Below, piece by piece: positions 34,333 to 44,755 of a stretch of DNA of 64,000 nt. How positions within the stretch are numbered: position 1 is the first letter of the stretch; the number at the start of each line of letters is the position of its first letter. The translations under genes and the position numbers were made by a program. The notes under the pieces are model-generated. The model saw only the letters and a list, made by a program, of their open reading frames with translations. It was not told the DNA's origin and did no database searches. Origin of the DNA: Oscillospiraceae bacterium (GTDB lineage: Bacteria; Bacillota; Clostridia; Oscillospirales; UBA929); NCBI GenBank assembly GCA_031556035.1, contig JAVBTT010000021.1:1196-65195 (forward strand). Direction: 5' to 3'.

Positions 34333-35271
34333 TCAAATCATCTTAATGCAAAATTGCTCGCAATATGCCGCGCAGTAGCCGCACAAAAGACATGCCTCTT
34401 TGATGCAAATCACATGATTCCCTTGCAGCGCAAGGGCTTTGGACTTGCATGCCAAAACACACTTTTGACATCCTATGCAATGATCCTCTATTAAAATTTG
34501 TCTATTTTGACGAAGCAATAATTCTTGATCTTCCGGGGGAAATCGGCCTGTTTCGAGAAAAAAGACGTTAGAATTCAACTCGAGCTCACTCTTCATGCCG
34601 ACCGCCAGACTGTGCCCCCACTTGAGAGCGTAGGTCAAAGCCTCGCCCGCCCTCGCGTACAGGTGACCGCCGCCAAGAGCCTTCATGGTGTACACCCCCA
34701 GTCCGGACTCCTTGGCGCGACGGACGGCGTTCTCCATATCCTCCCTGGAGCCGTCCAGAATGCCAAGTCCAGTCAGATTAATCAGGGGATGCACTACATC
34801 GAGCCCAGCGTCCACCGCCGCATGTACGCCGTCCACCGCGTGAGTTGACAGGCCGACTGCGCGTATTCTCCCTCTGGCTTTTTCATTCATAAAGAAATCA
34901 AGCGCTTCCGCGTGTCCGCGCAGGGTGTGCTCACTCTCTTGCTCATGGAGCAGGAAAATGTCTATCACATCCCTGTCGAGTTCTCTCCGAGCTTCCTCAA
35001 GCGCGCTTTTCGCAAGCTCCGCGGAATAAGCGTAGGTCTTGGTGGCGACAACGATATCCTTGTCAGTCTTCTTCAAAGCATGACGAATGTGAGGATATGT
35101 CTGATATAATTGGGCTGTGTCAACAAAATTGACGCCCTTATCGAACGCCTTTAATAATAGCTCCCCGCCCTCTGACGGGGACAGGTTGTTCTGAAGCGGT
35201 CCCAAAGTCAGTGAGCCAAAGCACAGTCTGGATACCTTGAGTCCGGTTTTTCCAAGTGTTGAATACTCCAT
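34333..35271 (-). CDS. aldo/keto reductase with C-terminal 4Fe-4S ferredoxin-type domain
   Basis: LGKTGLKVSRLCFG..., AKR core, then CIGCQKCVLAC and CLLCGYCAAYC cysteine clusters. Start set at ATG 35271, after GAGGGAGAG. Confidence 0.8.
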   Translation of the reverse strand: MEYSTLGKTGLKVSRLCFGSLTLGPLQNNLSPSEGGELLLKAFDKGVNFVDTAQLYQTYPHIRHALKKTDKDIVVATKTYAYSAELAKSALEEARRELDRDVIDIFLLHEQESEHTLRGHAEALDFFMNEKARGRIRAVGLSTHAVDGVHAAVDAGLDVVHPLINLTGLGILDGSREDMENAVRRAKESGLGVYTMKALGGGHLYARAGEALTYALKWGHSLAVGMKSELELNSNVFFLETGRFPPEDQELLLRQNRQILIEDHCIGCQKCVLACKSKALALQGNHVICIKEACLLCGYCAAYCEQFCIKMI

Positions 35272-35291
35272 TAGTCTCTCCCTCACAGTAA

Positions 35292-35317
35292 AGCGGGTTG
35301 CCGTATGGCAACCCGCT
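35292..35317 (-). terminator. hairpin terminator after ireB
   Basis: AGCGGGTTGCC-GTAT-GGCAACCCGCT (11-bp stem). The minus-strand side is followed by TTTACTG. Confidence 0.6.
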
Positions 35318-35336
35318 GAGCGTTTTTATTAGGATA

Positions 35337-35615
35337 TCAGGCGAGATAGCACTTGACAAGCTCCTGAAGCAACTCGTCCCTGTCAAGCCGACGGATCATG
35401 CTGCGCGCGTTCTTATGGTTGGTTATATAGGTGGGATCCTCCGACAGAATGTAGCCGACTATCTGATTTATGGGATTATATCCCTTTTCCTGGAGCGCCG
35501 TATAGACAGAGAGCAGGATGCTCTTCATCTCCTTGTCCCGTTCATCGGAAATAGCGAATCTTCTGGTGTGATCCAATTGAAGGCACCCCCCTTTAATACC
35601 CATTATTATAGCCAA
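35337..35615 (-). CDS. ireB: IreB family regulatory phosphoprotein (UPF0297)
   Basis: HTRRF...[59 protein letters not shown] matches the UPF0297 pattern. The true start may be the in-frame TTG at 35576, preceded by AAAGGGGGG. Confidence 0.8.
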   Translation of the reverse strand: MAIIMGIKGGCLQLDHTRRFAISDERDKEMKSILLSVYTALQEKGYNPINQIVGYILSEDPTYITNHKNARSMIRRLDRDELLQELVKCYLA

Positions 35616-35681
35616 AAGAATACCGGTTGTAAAGAGGGGAAGGAAAATTTTGAAAAAATATCTCTGTCTGTAATATGTCAG

Positions 35682-37112
35682 TTATACCCTCAGGGTTGTA
35701 TTCTCTGAGGTTACTTCCGAATATTTTTCAAGCGCAGGCGCTATTTGCTTTCTCAAAAAGCTCTCCACCTGCTCAGGACAGCGCCCGATATAGAGCTCCG
35801 GCACCAGCAGCTTTTCAAGCACCTCCTGCGTCATTCCGAACACGGGGTCACCCGCGATACGGTTCAGCAGATCATTGGCGAGACCATCTTCCTTCACCGA
35901 CCTGCCTGCTTCAATCGAGTGCACTCTGATGCGCTCGTGCAGTTCCTGGCGGTCTCCACCCCGCCGCACCGCGTCCATCATGATGTTCTCGGTGGCCATG
36001 AACGGCAGCTCCTCGCGAAGCCGCTTTTCTATAACCCTTGGATACACCCTGAGGCCGGAGGCGACATTGAGGTATATTCCCAAAATCGCGTCGGTGGTCA
36101 AAAACGCCTCCGGGACAGCGACGCGCTTGCCCGCGGAATCGTCCAGGGTGCGCTCAAACCACTGCGTTGAGGCCGTCTGAGCGGCGTACTGCTCATATCC
36201 CGCGACCAGCCTCGCAAGAGAGCAAATACGCTCCGAGCGCATCGGGTTGCGCTTGTACGGCATGGCGCTGGAGCCCACCTGCGCGCTTTCAAACGGCTCC
36301 TCAAGCTCCTTGAGGTGGGAGAGCAGCCGTATGTCGCAGGCGAATTTGTGCGCGCTTTGCGCCACGCCGGACAGGGTTGACAGTACAGAAGCGTCCACCT
36401 TGCGGGAATAGGTCTGTCCGGTGACCGCGTACGCGCCGTCAAAGCCCATCTCGGCGCAGACAAGGCGCTCCAGCTCCTCCACTTTGGCGTGGTTCCCGTC
36501 AAACAGCTCCAGAAAGCTGGCCTGGGTGCCGGTGGTGCCCTTGGCCCCGCGCAGCCTCAGTCCGCCAATGCGGTGCTCCAGCTCGTCCAAATCCAGCAGC
36601 AGCTCCTGCATCCACAGGGCGGCCCGCTTGCCCACAGTAACCGGCTGGGCGGGCTGGAAATGCGTAAAGCCCAAGGTGGGAAGGGACTTGTACTCATCCG
36701 CGAATACGGCCAGAGCGCGCAGGACACGGATCACGCCATCGCGGATGAGTCGCAGCCCCTCGCGCATCAGGATGATATCGGTATTGTCTCCTACATAACA
36801 GCTGGTCGCGCCAAGGTGGATGACGGGCATAGCGTCCGGGCACTGCTCACCCCAGGCGTGGATATGCGCCATGACATCGTGGCGCAGCTTTTTTTCCCAG
36901 TGAGCGGCGCGTTCGTAGTCTATATTTGTAAGATTGGCCTCCATCTGGGCTATTTGCGCGTCGGTTATTGGAAGCCCAAGCGCCCTCTCGGATTTCGCGA
37001 GCGCCAGCCAGAGCTTTCGCCAGGTTCTGAATTTTGTGTCCGGGCTGAAAAGCTCCAGCATGGCCCGGCTTGCGTAGCGGGAGGCGAGGGGAGTCTCATA
37101 GGTGTCCTTCAT
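35682..37112 (-). CDS. purB: adenylosuccinate lyase
   Basis: PLASRYAS..M..LFS, fumarate-lyase signature GSSAMPYKRNP, ~476 aa. Confidence 0.95.
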   Translation of the reverse strand: MKDTYETPLASRYASRAMLELFSPDTKFRTWRKLWLALAKSERALGLPITDAQIAQMEANLTNIDYERAAHWEKKLRHDVMAHIHAWGEQCPDAMPVIHLGATSCYVGDNTDIILMREGLRLIRDGVIRVLRALAVFADEYKSLPTLGFTHFQPAQPVTVGKRAALWMQELLLDLDELEHRIGGLRLRGAKGTTGTQASFLELFDGNHAKVEELERLVCAEMGFDGAYAVTGQTYSRKVDASVLSTLSGVAQSAHKFACDIRLLSHLKELEEPFESAQVGSSAMPYKRNPMRSERICSLARLVAGYEQYAAQTASTQWFERTLDDSAGKRVAVPEAFLTTDAILGIYLNVASGLRVYPRVIEKRLREELPFMATENIMMDAVRRGGDRQELHERIRVHSIEAGRSVKEDGLANDLLNRIAGDPVFGMTQEVLEKLLVPELYIGRCPEQVESFLRKQIAPALEKYSEVTSENTTLRV

Positions 37113-37117
37113 TCTCT

Positions 37118-38311
37118 CTATCCTTTTATGAATTGTTCAAAGCGATCCATGCCCTTGCAGATATTCTCCATTGAGGTGGCATAGGACCAGCGCAGATACC
37201 CGTCTATTCCGAAGCTTTCGCAGGGCACGACGGCGACCATGGCCTTTTCCAGCAGCAGGGCGGCGAAATCGGACGCGGTATCAATCCTGACTCCGTGCAG
37301 GGACTTTCCAAGAAGCTCCCTGATGTTCATAAACAGGTAAAACGCTCCGTCCGGCTTAAGACAGCTCACGCCGTCCAGGGCGTTGACTCGCCCGACGAAA
37401 TAGTCCCTGCGCTTCTCAAAGGCCACGCGCATGGTTTCAACCGTGTCCTGGGGGCCGCTGAGCGCCTCCAGCGCCGCGAGCTGGGACATGGTAGCCGGCC
37501 CGGATGTGCTGTGTGACTGATAGGCTGCCATGACCTTGGATATCTCCGGGTTGGCACAGGCCCAGCCTATGCGCCAGCCGGTCATGGAAAAGCTCTTGGA
37601 CACCCCGTTTATCAATACGGTAAGCTCCTTGACATCTTCTCCGAGGGCGGCGAAAGACGTATAGGCCAGCCCGTCAAACAGCAGCTTGTCGTATATCTCG
37701 TCCGCTATAACATATATGCCGTGCTTTACGCAGACGTCGGCGATAGCCCGCAGTTCGGCTTCGTTGTATACCATACCGGTGGGGTTTGAGGGCGAATTGA
37801 GAATCAGCGCCTTGGTTTTGGCGGTGACGGCGGCATCCAGCTTGGCCGGAGTGAGCTTGAAGCTTTCCGCCTCGGAGGTGTGGAGGACTATCGGCTTCGC
37901 CCCGGCCATGGCGATGGCCTCAGCGTAAGTGACCCAGTAGGGGGCGGGGAGTATGACCTCGTCGCCGGGGTCGCACAGCGTCATGAGAGCGATAAAAATG
38001 TTGTGCTTCGCGCCGGAAGATATGAGCACCTGGCTCGGGGCGTATTCGACGCCGTAATCGCGCATGATCTGTCCGCAGACAGCCTTACGCAGAGACTCAA
38101 GCCCGGAGGCGGGCGTGTACTTGGTCTGGTTGGACTGAATGGCCTTTATGCCGGCGGAGCTGATATTGTCCGGAGTGGGGAAATCGGGCTCGCCAGCGCC
38201 GAAGCCGACTACGTCGAGGCCGTCGGCCTGCATTTTCTTGAACATGGCGTCGATTTTCAGGGTGGCCGAGGCCTGCACGGCTGAGGCGATGCGGGAAATA
38301 GGCTTTTTCAT
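37118..38311 (-). CDS. aspB: class I/II pyridoxal-phosphate aminotransferase (aspartate aminotransferase-like)
   Basis: GAGEPDFPTP..., NSPSNPTG, SKSFSMTGWRIG (PLP lysine). Start set at ATG 38311, after AGGGAG. Confidence 0.88.
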   Translation of the reverse strand: MKKPISRIASAVQASATLKIDAMFKKMQADGLDVVGFGAGEPDFPTPDNISSAGIKAIQSNQTKYTPASGLESLRKAVCGQIMRDYGVEYAPSQVLISSGAKHNIFIALMTLCDPGDEVILPAPYWVTYAEAIAMAGAKPIVLHTSEAESFKLTPAKLDAAVTAKTKALILNSPSNPTGMVYNEAELRAIADVCVKHGIYVIADEIYDKLLFDGLAYTSFAALGEDVKELTVLINGVSKSFSMTGWRIGWACANPEISKVMAAYQSHSTSGPATMSQLAALEALSGPQDTVETMRVAFEKRRDYFVGRVNALDGVSCLKPDGAFYLFMNIRELLGKSLHGVRIDTASDFAALLLEKAMVAVVPCESFGIDGYLRWSYATSMENICKGMDRFEQFIKG

Positions 38312-38362
38312 AAACAGTCTCCCTACCGTAAAGAGTTTTTGATACTTCAAGCTGTATAGACG

Positions 38363-39004
38363 CTAAACTTTTTGCCTTTTCATAACCTCAATCAATACCC
38401 GGCCTATCAGGACGGTGAGGACTCCCGCCACAGCGGCCTCTATAAGACCGTTGAGGCTTATTATGCCCATGATAATGTCCCAAAGTGCGCTGATTGAGAT
38501 GCCGGCGGCGTCCGAGTAGGATTCGCGGAAGAAGAGGAATACCCCGCCAAGGACAAGAATTGTATTCGCCAGAGACGCGCTGACCCCGGCAACCGCCAGG
38601 GACACGACCTTGGGCATCCTGCCCACACTGTCAAAGCCTTTGAAAATCAGAGCAGCCGTAATACCGACCAGTATTCTCGGCACAAAACAGATCACGAGGC
38701 TCCAGCCGTTGCCGTGAAAGGCGCCTCCCTGATAAAACGGGGAGTAAAGAGGGGATTCTATCGGGCTTGGAAGCAGGAAGGTGGCGTTAATGAGCGAGGT
38801 GAGGCCGAAGAAAAATCCCACAAGAGCGCCGGAGCGCCAGCCGAGCAGGACACCGGCAAGTATAACCGGTATATGCATGACCGTTATCGCCATGGTCGGG
38901 TTTGCCCTTATATACCCTATATTGGGGATAAGACCGATGGCGAGCTCAATGGCCACGAACATCGAGACAATTGCGAGTCTTTTTGTATTTTTCATTCTCT
39001 GCAC
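38363..39004 (-). CDS. ECF transporter S component (substrate unknown; PanT-like by appearance)
   Basis: About 210 aa with six hydrophobic segments and a pattern typical of ECF S units (LAIVSMFVAIELAIG...VMHIPVILAGVLLG). No EcfAAT genes or riboswitch nearby. Confidence 0.6.
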   Translation of the reverse strand: MQRMKNTKRLAIVSMFVAIELAIGLIPNIGYIRANPTMAITVMHIPVILAGVLLGWRSGALVGFFFGLTSLINATFLLPSPIESPLYSPFYQGGAFHGNGWSLVICFVPRILVGITAALIFKGFDSVGRMPKVVSLAVAGVSASLANTILVLGGVFLFFRESYSDAAGISISALWDIIMGIISLNGLIEAAVAGVLTVLIGRVLIEVMKRQKV

Positions 39005-39036
39005 CCCCGTTAAACACGCTCTTTTTTAGAATGTCG

Positions 39037-40398
39037 TCAAAACTCAGCGTTACCGGGCGTTCTCGGAAACGCGATCACGTCGCGTATGTTGGCCATTCCC
39101 GTCAAATACATGAGCATGCGCTCAAAGCCCAGTCCGTAGCCCGCGTGCTTGGTTGAGCCGTATTTGCGCAGGTCGAGATACCACTTGTAGTTTTCAAGCT
39201 CAAGACCAAGCTCGTTTACGCGCTCTAGCAATCTGTCGTAGCGCTCCTCACGCTGGCTGCCGCCGATGAGCTCGCCGACGGCCGGTACCAGCAGATCCAT
39301 GGCGGCCACCGTTTTTCCGTCGTCGTTCAGGCGCATATAAAAAGCCTTGATCTCCTTGGGGTAGTCCGTCACGAACACCGGGCGCCCAACCACCTTCTCG
39401 GTCAGGTAACGCTCGTGCTCGGTCTGGAGGTCGCAGCCCCAGAACACCGGATACTGGAAGCCGTCAGAGTTTTTTTCCAGGTGGGATATAGCTTCGGTGT
39501 AGGTCATGCGTGCAAATTCGGAGTTGAGCACAAAGTTGAGGCGCTCAAGGAGGCCGGTGTCTATAAAGCCGTTGAAAAATGCCATCTCGTCCGGGCAGCG
39601 TTCCAGTACGCGCCGGATTACATGCTTCACCATGTCCTCGGCAAGCCTCATGTCGTCGTTTAGGTCGGCAAAGGCTATTTCGGGCTCGATCATCCAGAAC
39701 TCGGCGGCATGGCGCGGGGTGTTGGACTTTTCCGCGCGGAAGGTGGGGCCGAAGGTGTAGGTTTTGGAATAGGCCTGCGCGAACGTCTCGGCCTCCAGCT
39801 GGCCGGTGACGGTAAGACCGGTGAACTGCCCGAAAAAGTCCTTCGAGAAGTCGTTTTCGCCGGGCGCAAGGGTTGATACGCGGAACATCTCGCCCGCGCC
39901 CTCGCCGTCGCTGGCGGTGATGATCGGGGTGTGGGCATAGACAAAGCCCCGGTCATGGAAAAACTCGTGGATGGCGAACGCCGCCTCGCTGCGCACCCGG
40001 AACACCGCCTGAAACGTGTTGGTTCTCGGGCGCAAATGCGCGATGGTGCGCAGGAACTCGAAGCTGTGCCGTTTTTTTTGAAGCGGATAGTCAGGCGGGC
40101 ATTCGCCTTCAACCGCCAAGCTTGTTGCCCTGATCTCAAACGGCTGCTTGGCGTCCGGGGTGAGCAACAGGGTGCCGCTGACGACCACCGCGGAGCCAAT
40201 ACCGAGCTTAACCGCCTTTTCAAAGTCCGGATTGCCGCTGTCGATCACCGCCTGCACGCTCTTGACGGTGCTGCCGTCGCTGAGCTCAAGGAAGCCGACG
40301 ACCTTGGAGTCGCGCACGGTGCGAAGCCAGCCGCAGACGGTGACGTCCGCGCCTGAATACTCCTGCGCCTTTTTATAAAGCTCGGATATGGCGGTCAT
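39037..40398 (-). CDS. asnS: asparagine--tRNA ligase
   Basis: OB anticodon domain ([12 protein letters not shown]), class II motifs (FRAE, GLGFERM), AsnRS-type C-terminus [20 protein letters not shown]. Confidence 0.95.
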   Translation of the reverse strand: MTAISELYKKAQEYSGADVTVCGWLRTVRDSKVVGFLELSDGSTVKSVQAVIDSGNPDFEKAVKLGIGSAVVVSGTLLLTPDAKQPFEIRATSLAVEGECPPDYPLQKKRHSFEFLRTIAHLRPRTNTFQAVFRVRSEAAFAIHEFFHDRGFVYAHTPIITASDGEGAGEMFRVSTLAPGENDFSKDFFGQFTGLTVTGQLEAETFAQAYSKTYTFGPTFRAEKSNTPRHAAEFWMIEPEIAFADLNDDMRLAEDMVKHVIRRVLERCPDEMAFFNGFIDTGLLERLNFVLNSEFARMTYTEAISHLEKNSDGFQYPVFWGCDLQTEHERYLTEKVVGRPVFVTDYPKEIKAFYMRLNDDGKTVAAMDLLVPAVGELIGGSQREERYDRLLERVNELGLELENYKWYLDLRKYGSTKHAGYGLGFERMLMYLTGMANIRDVIAFPRTPGNAEF

Positions 40399-40415
40399 GA
40401 GTAACCCCTCCTATA

Positions 40416-41480
40416 TTATATGTGTTTTATCAGATTGCTTTTAATTTTTTCTCCCACTTCCCGCGTCCCGGCGCCGCCGCCGAGATCGGGGGTGAGGAAT
40501 TTTTCGCGGAGCGTTTTTTCCACCGCGCGTTCGACGCAATCCGCGGCGGCGTCCTGCGAAAGGCCGTGGCGCAGAAGCATTGCAGCGGACAGCACAGCCG
40601 CTATGGGATTTGCCAGATTTCTGCCGGCTATATCCGGAGCCGAGCCGTGAACCGGCTCGAAAAGCCCTGGAGTGTCCGGCATACCCAGGCTGGCGGACGG
40701 CAGGAGGCCGATTGAGCCGCATACCGCCCCTGCCTCGTCCGAGAGGATGTCGCCAAACATGTTCTCTGTCACAATGACGTCGAACTGCGCGGGGGTTAAT
40801 ACAAGCTGCATCGCCGCGTTGTCGACAAGCATATGTGAAAGCTCAACGTCGGGATATTCCCGGGAAAGGCGAACTGCCGTCTCCCTCCATAGGCGGGAGG
40901 ACTCCAGCACGTTGGCCTTGTCCACGCTGGTGAGCTTTTTGCGGCGGCGTCCCGCGGCCTCGAACGCGACCCGGCATACCCGCTCAATTTCGGCCTCGCT
41001 GTAAGTCATCGTGTCGTATGCCGTCATGTTGCCGTACTCGTCGCTGAAGAGGCCGCTTTTCCCAAAGTAAAGCCCCCCGGTCAGCTCCCTGACTATGAGT
41101 ATGTCTATGGGGGACGGGGCTTTAAGGGGAGACATTGAAGCAAGCCCCGGCCATATTTTTGCCGGGCGCAGATTGGCGAATACGCCGAGTCCGGCGCGAA
41201 GCTTGAGGAGCCCCTGCTCGGGCCTGACGTGAGACAGCTCCCACTCAGGGCCGCCAACCGCGCCCATCAGGACGGCGTCCGAGGCTTTGCAGGCGTCCAA
41301 TACCTCGTCTGTCAAGGGGACTCCGTGCCGCTCTATAGAGCAGCCTCCGAACAGATAATCCCGGCGTTCAAACCTGATGCCGTACAGCTCTCCGGCGGCG
41401 TCGAGCACGTCAAGCGCGGCGGCGGTTACCTCCGGGCCTATGCCGTCACCGGGCAGTACAACCAGCCTGAAGCTACGCAT
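40416..41480 (-). CDS. leuB: 3-isopropylmalate dehydrogenase
   Basis: LVVLPGDGIGPEV..., NMFGDILSDEA, GSAPDIAG. The ATG at 41480 overlaps the leuD stop by 8 nt (ATGCGTAG). Confidence 0.95.
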   Translation of the reverse strand: MRSFRLVVLPGDGIGPEVTAAALDVLDAAGELYGIRFERRDYLFGGCSIERHGVPLTDEVLDACKASDAVLMGAVGGPEWELSHVRPEQGLLKLRAGLGVFANLRPAKIWPGLASMSPLKAPSPIDILIVRELTGGLYFGKSGLFSDEYGNMTAYDTMTYSEAEIERVCRVAFEAAGRRRKKLTSVDKANVLESSRLWRETAVRLSREYPDVELSHMLVDNAAMQLVLTPAQFDVIVTENMFGDILSDEAGAVCGSIGLLPSASLGMPDTPGLFEPVHGSAPDIAGRNLANPIAAVLSAAMLLRHGLSQDAAADCVERAVEKTLREKFLTPDLGGGAGTREVGEKIKSNLIKHI

Positions 41481-41952
41481 GGCTGCCACCCCGCGCTATT
41501 GATTCCAGCAGACCGCCCGCGCTGATTATGCGGCGGATGAAATCCGGCATTGGCGCAGCGGAAAAGCGGGTGCCGTCTACAATGATTTCGCCGGAGGCGA
41601 GATCAAGCGATACCGTCGAGTCGGGCCTGACGGCGGAAACCGCGGCAGGGCATTCCAGTATGGGCAGACCGATATTGATGGCATTGCGGTAGAATATCCG
41701 CGCAAAGCTTTTGGCCACCACGGCTGATATTCCGGACTCCTTGATCGCGAGCGGCGCATGCTCCCGGGAGGAGCCGCAGCCGAAGTTTTCCCCGGCAAAT
41801 ATTATATCACCATTTTGCGCGGCTTTGGAATAATTTTCATCAAAGTCAATAAAGCAATAACGCGAAAGCTCTGAGGGTACGGACGTGTACAGGTAACGCG
41901 CGGGTATGATGGCGTCGGTGTCCACATTGTCGCCGTATATAAAAATATTCAT
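41473..41952 (-). CDS. leuD: 3-isopropylmalate dehydratase small subunit
   Basis: [15 protein letters not shown]...[18 protein letters not shown] overlap with leuC. Confidence 0.92.
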   Translation of the reverse strand: MNIFIYGDNVDTDAIIPARYLYTSVPSELSRYCFIDFDENYSKAAQNGDIIFAGENFGCGSSREHAPLAIKESGISAVVAKSFARIFYRNAINIGLPILECPAAVSAVRPDSTVSLDLASGEIIVDGTRFSAAPMPDFIRRIISAGGLLESIARGGSHA

Positions 41953-43202
41953 TGTGTCACCCCTGACGGATCGGTCAGCTCACCCGCTATAGCTGTCGCG
42001 GCCGCGACAGCGGGGGAGACAAGATAGACCTCGGATTTCGCGTGGCCCATCCGGCCCTGAAAATTCCGGTTTGTTGTGGCCGCGCAGCGCTCTCCATCCG
42101 CCAGTATGCCCATATGTCCGCCCAGGCACGGGCCGCAGGTCGGGGTGGAGACGGCGGCCCCTGCCTCTATAAAGGCTTCGATGAGCCCCAGCCTGAGCGC
42201 GTCCAGATATATCCTCTGCGTGGCGGGAATAATTATACACCGCACTCCCTTTGCGACCCTGCGCCCGCGCATCAGCTCCGCGGCGAGCTTTAAATCCTCC
42301 AGCCGCCCGTTTGTGCATGAGCCGATCACGACCTGATTGACCGAGATTACGCCGGCGTCCCTGACCCTGCGCACGTTGCCGGGGGATGGCGGAAGCGCAA
42401 CTACCGGGGAGAGACCGCCAAGGTCGATTCTGACCGTACGCGCGTATTCGGCATCGGGACCCGGCTTATAAACATTATATTTCCTGCTCACCCTGTCCTT
42501 AATATAGCCGAGCGTCTTTTCGTCAACCTGGAATATCCCGTTCTTGGCCCCGCACTCAATCGCCATGTTCGCGATAGTGAACCTGTCGTCCATCGACAGC
42601 GCTTCGGCCCCGAAAAACTCAAGGGAGGAGTAACGCGCGCCGTCCACTCCGAGTATACCGATCAGCGTCAGAATAATGTCCTTGCCGGTCACGTATTTTC
42701 GCGGGCTGCCGGACAGCTCCACCTTAATGGCGTCCGGAATCCTGAGCCAGATTTTGCCTGTCGCCATTCCGGCGGCCATGTCCGTGCTGCCGGAGCCGGT
42801 GGAAAAAGCGCCGAGTGCTCCGTAGGTGCAGGTGTGGCTGTCCGCCCCGAGTATCAGCTCCCCCGGGGCGGCGAGGCCTCTTTCGGGTATCAGCGCGTGT
42901 TCTATTCCCATATCGCCAACGTCGAAGAAGTTTGCGATGCCGTGCTTTTTCGCGAAATCCCGAACCCCGGCGCACTGCGCGGCGCTCTGAATATCCTTGT
43001 TGGGGGTGAAGTGATCCAGCACAAGCGCGATTTTGTCCCTGTCAAACACGCTGTCCAGCCCGTGCCTCGCCATTTCCCTGATGGCGACCGGGGCAGTGAT
43101 ATCGTTGCCCAGAACCAGGTCGAGGTCGGCCTCAATAAGCTGGCCCGGCTCAACGTTCTCCTGGCCGGAGTGAGCCGCCAGAATCTGCTGGGTCATTGTC
43201 AT
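41949..43202 (-). CDS. leuC: 3-isopropylmalate dehydratase large subunit
   Basis: Aconitase-family Fe-S ligands ([26 protein letters not shown]), ~417 aa archaeal/clostridial type. Confidence 0.95.
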   Translation of the reverse strand: MTMTQQILAAHSGQENVEPGQLIEADLDLVLGNDITAPVAIREMARHGLDSVFDRDKIALVLDHFTPNKDIQSAAQCAGVRDFAKKHGIANFFDVGDMGIEHALIPERGLAAPGELILGADSHTCTYGALGAFSTGSGSTDMAAGMATGKIWLRIPDAIKVELSGSPRKYVTGKDIILTLIGILGVDGARYSSLEFFGAEALSMDDRFTIANMAIECGAKNGIFQVDEKTLGYIKDRVSRKYNVYKPGPDAEYARTVRIDLGGLSPVVALPPSPGNVRRVRDAGVISVNQVVIGSCTNGRLEDLKLAAELMRGRRVAKGVRCIIIPATQRIYLDALRLGLIEAFIEAGAAVSTPTCGPCLGGHMGILADGERCAATTNRNFQGRMGHAKSEVYLVSPAVAAATAIAGELTDPSGVTQ

Positions 43203-43204
43203 GT

Positions 43205-44755
43205 TCAGGTCCTCCCTCCTCCGGCAAGCTTATACTCCACAGAGTCGGACAGAGCCTGCCAGCTCGCGTGTATGATGTCGGTGGATACTCCCACCGTGCT
43301 CCAGATGCCTGTGCCGTCGGATGAGGTGATCAAAACCCTGACCTGCGCGGCGGTGGCCTCCTGTGGATTGAGTACGCGAACCTTATAGTCGATCAGGCGC
43401 ATGTCCCTGACCTCTCTATAAAACGGGGAGAGTGCGTCCCTCAGCGCGCTGTCCAGCGCGTGCACGGGGCCGTCGCCCTCGCCGCAGGCGAGGCGCTCCT
43501 CGCCGCCCACCCGTATCTTGACAAGCGCGCTGGCCTTTACCGTGTCCGCGCCGTCCTGCTCGCTGAAGGTTTTGAAATAGACCAGATCGAAAAATGGGCT
43601 GTAAAGCCCGAGCTGGCGGCGAGCCAGCAGCTCAAAGCTGGCTTCGGCAGACTCGTAGGCGTATCCGGCCTTTTCTCGTGTCTTTAATGTATCGGCAAGA
43701 GCCGAGAGCTCCGGGGAGCTTTTGGCAAGCTCCGGGGCCATATGGCGTATCCTGTCCAGAAGCTGTGTTCTGCCGCTGAGCTCGGAGGTCAGCGTGCGCC
43801 TTTGATTGCCGACCAGCTCGGGGGGCATGTGCTCAAAGGTGGCCGGATTCTTCAGCACCGCGTCTATATGCATCCCCGCCTTGTGCGCGAACGCGCTCCG
43901 GCCGACAAAGGGCTGGGCGGGGGAGAGGGTGAGGTTGGCGATGTCGGCCACGCCGCGCGCGGTGCGCGTCAGCTCGGAGAGGTCAGCGCCGAGCTCGTAG
44001 CCCAGCTTGCCCTTGAGGGCGGCTATGACGGTCGCAAGATTGGCGTTTCCGCAGCGCTCGCCGTTTCCGCATAGCGTGCCCTGCACATGCCGGGCGCCGG
44101 CGCGGACGGCCGCGATGGAGTTCGCCGCCGCGAGCTCCATATCGTTGTGCGCGTGTATGCCGACCGGAAGGCTGTATCGCTTAGCGGCGCAGGCCACAAG
44201 CTCTTCCAGCTCGCCCGTGAACTCGCCGCCGTTCGTGTCGCACAGCGTGAGTATATCCGCGCCGCCCATCGCCGCCGCCTCAAGGCAGCGAAAGGCGTAT
44301 TCCGCGTTCTCTTTCGCGCCGTCGAAGAAGTGCTCCGCGTCGAAAATGACCTCGCGCCCCGCGTTTTTGGCGCAGCGGCAGCTCTCCTCGATCATCCGCA
44401 GATTTTCCGAGGGAGAACACCGCAGCACATGGTCGACGTGCAGGAGCGACGCCTTGCCAAAGAGCACGATCACAGGGGCTGAGGTAGCCAGAAGGGACTG
44501 GAGGTTCTCATCCTCCGCCGGGGACATGCCCTTGCGCACCGTGGGGCCGAACGCAGCCAGCTTTGCCCTGTTCAGTGACGGATTGCGGGCGAAAAGCTCC
44601 ATGTCCTTTGGGTTTGAGGGCTGGCCAGCCTCTATATAGTCGACCCCGAGGGAATCCAGCAGGCCGATAATCTCCAGCTTGTCCCGAAGCGAGAACGAGA
44701 CACCCTCCGCCTGCGCCCCGTCGCGCAGGGTGGTGTCAAGCACGGTCACGCGCAT
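43205..44755 (-). CDS. cimA: (R)-citramalate synthase (LeuA-family, CimA type)
   Basis: [53 protein letters not shown]. The second LeuA paralogue in the operon, with the GAQ.EG.SFS pattern I associate with CimA. ATGA overlap with the leuA stop. Confidence 0.75.
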   Translation of the reverse strand: MRVTVLDTTLRDGAQAEGVSFSLRDKLEIIGLLDSLGVDYIEAGQPSNPKDMELFARNPSLNRAKLAAFGPTVRKGMSPAEDENLQSLLATSAPVIVLFGKASLLHVDHVLRCSPSENLRMIEESCRCAKNAGREVIFDAEHFFDGAKENAEYAFRCLEAAAMGGADILTLCDTNGGEFTGELEELVACAAKRYSLPVGIHAHNDMELAAANSIAAVRAGARHVQGTLCGNGERCGNANLATVIAALKGKLGYELGADLSELTRTARGVADIANLTLSPAQPFVGRSAFAHKAGMHIDAVLKNPATFEHMPPELVGNQRRTLTSELSGRTQLLDRIRHMAPELAKSSPELSALADTLKTREKAGYAYESAEASFELLARRQLGLYSPFFDLVYFKTFSEQDGADTVKASALVKIRVGGEERLACGEGDGPVHALDSALRDALSPFYREVRDMRLIDYKVRVLNPQEATAAQVRVLITSSDGTGIWSTVGVSTDIIHASWQALSDSVEYKLAGGGRT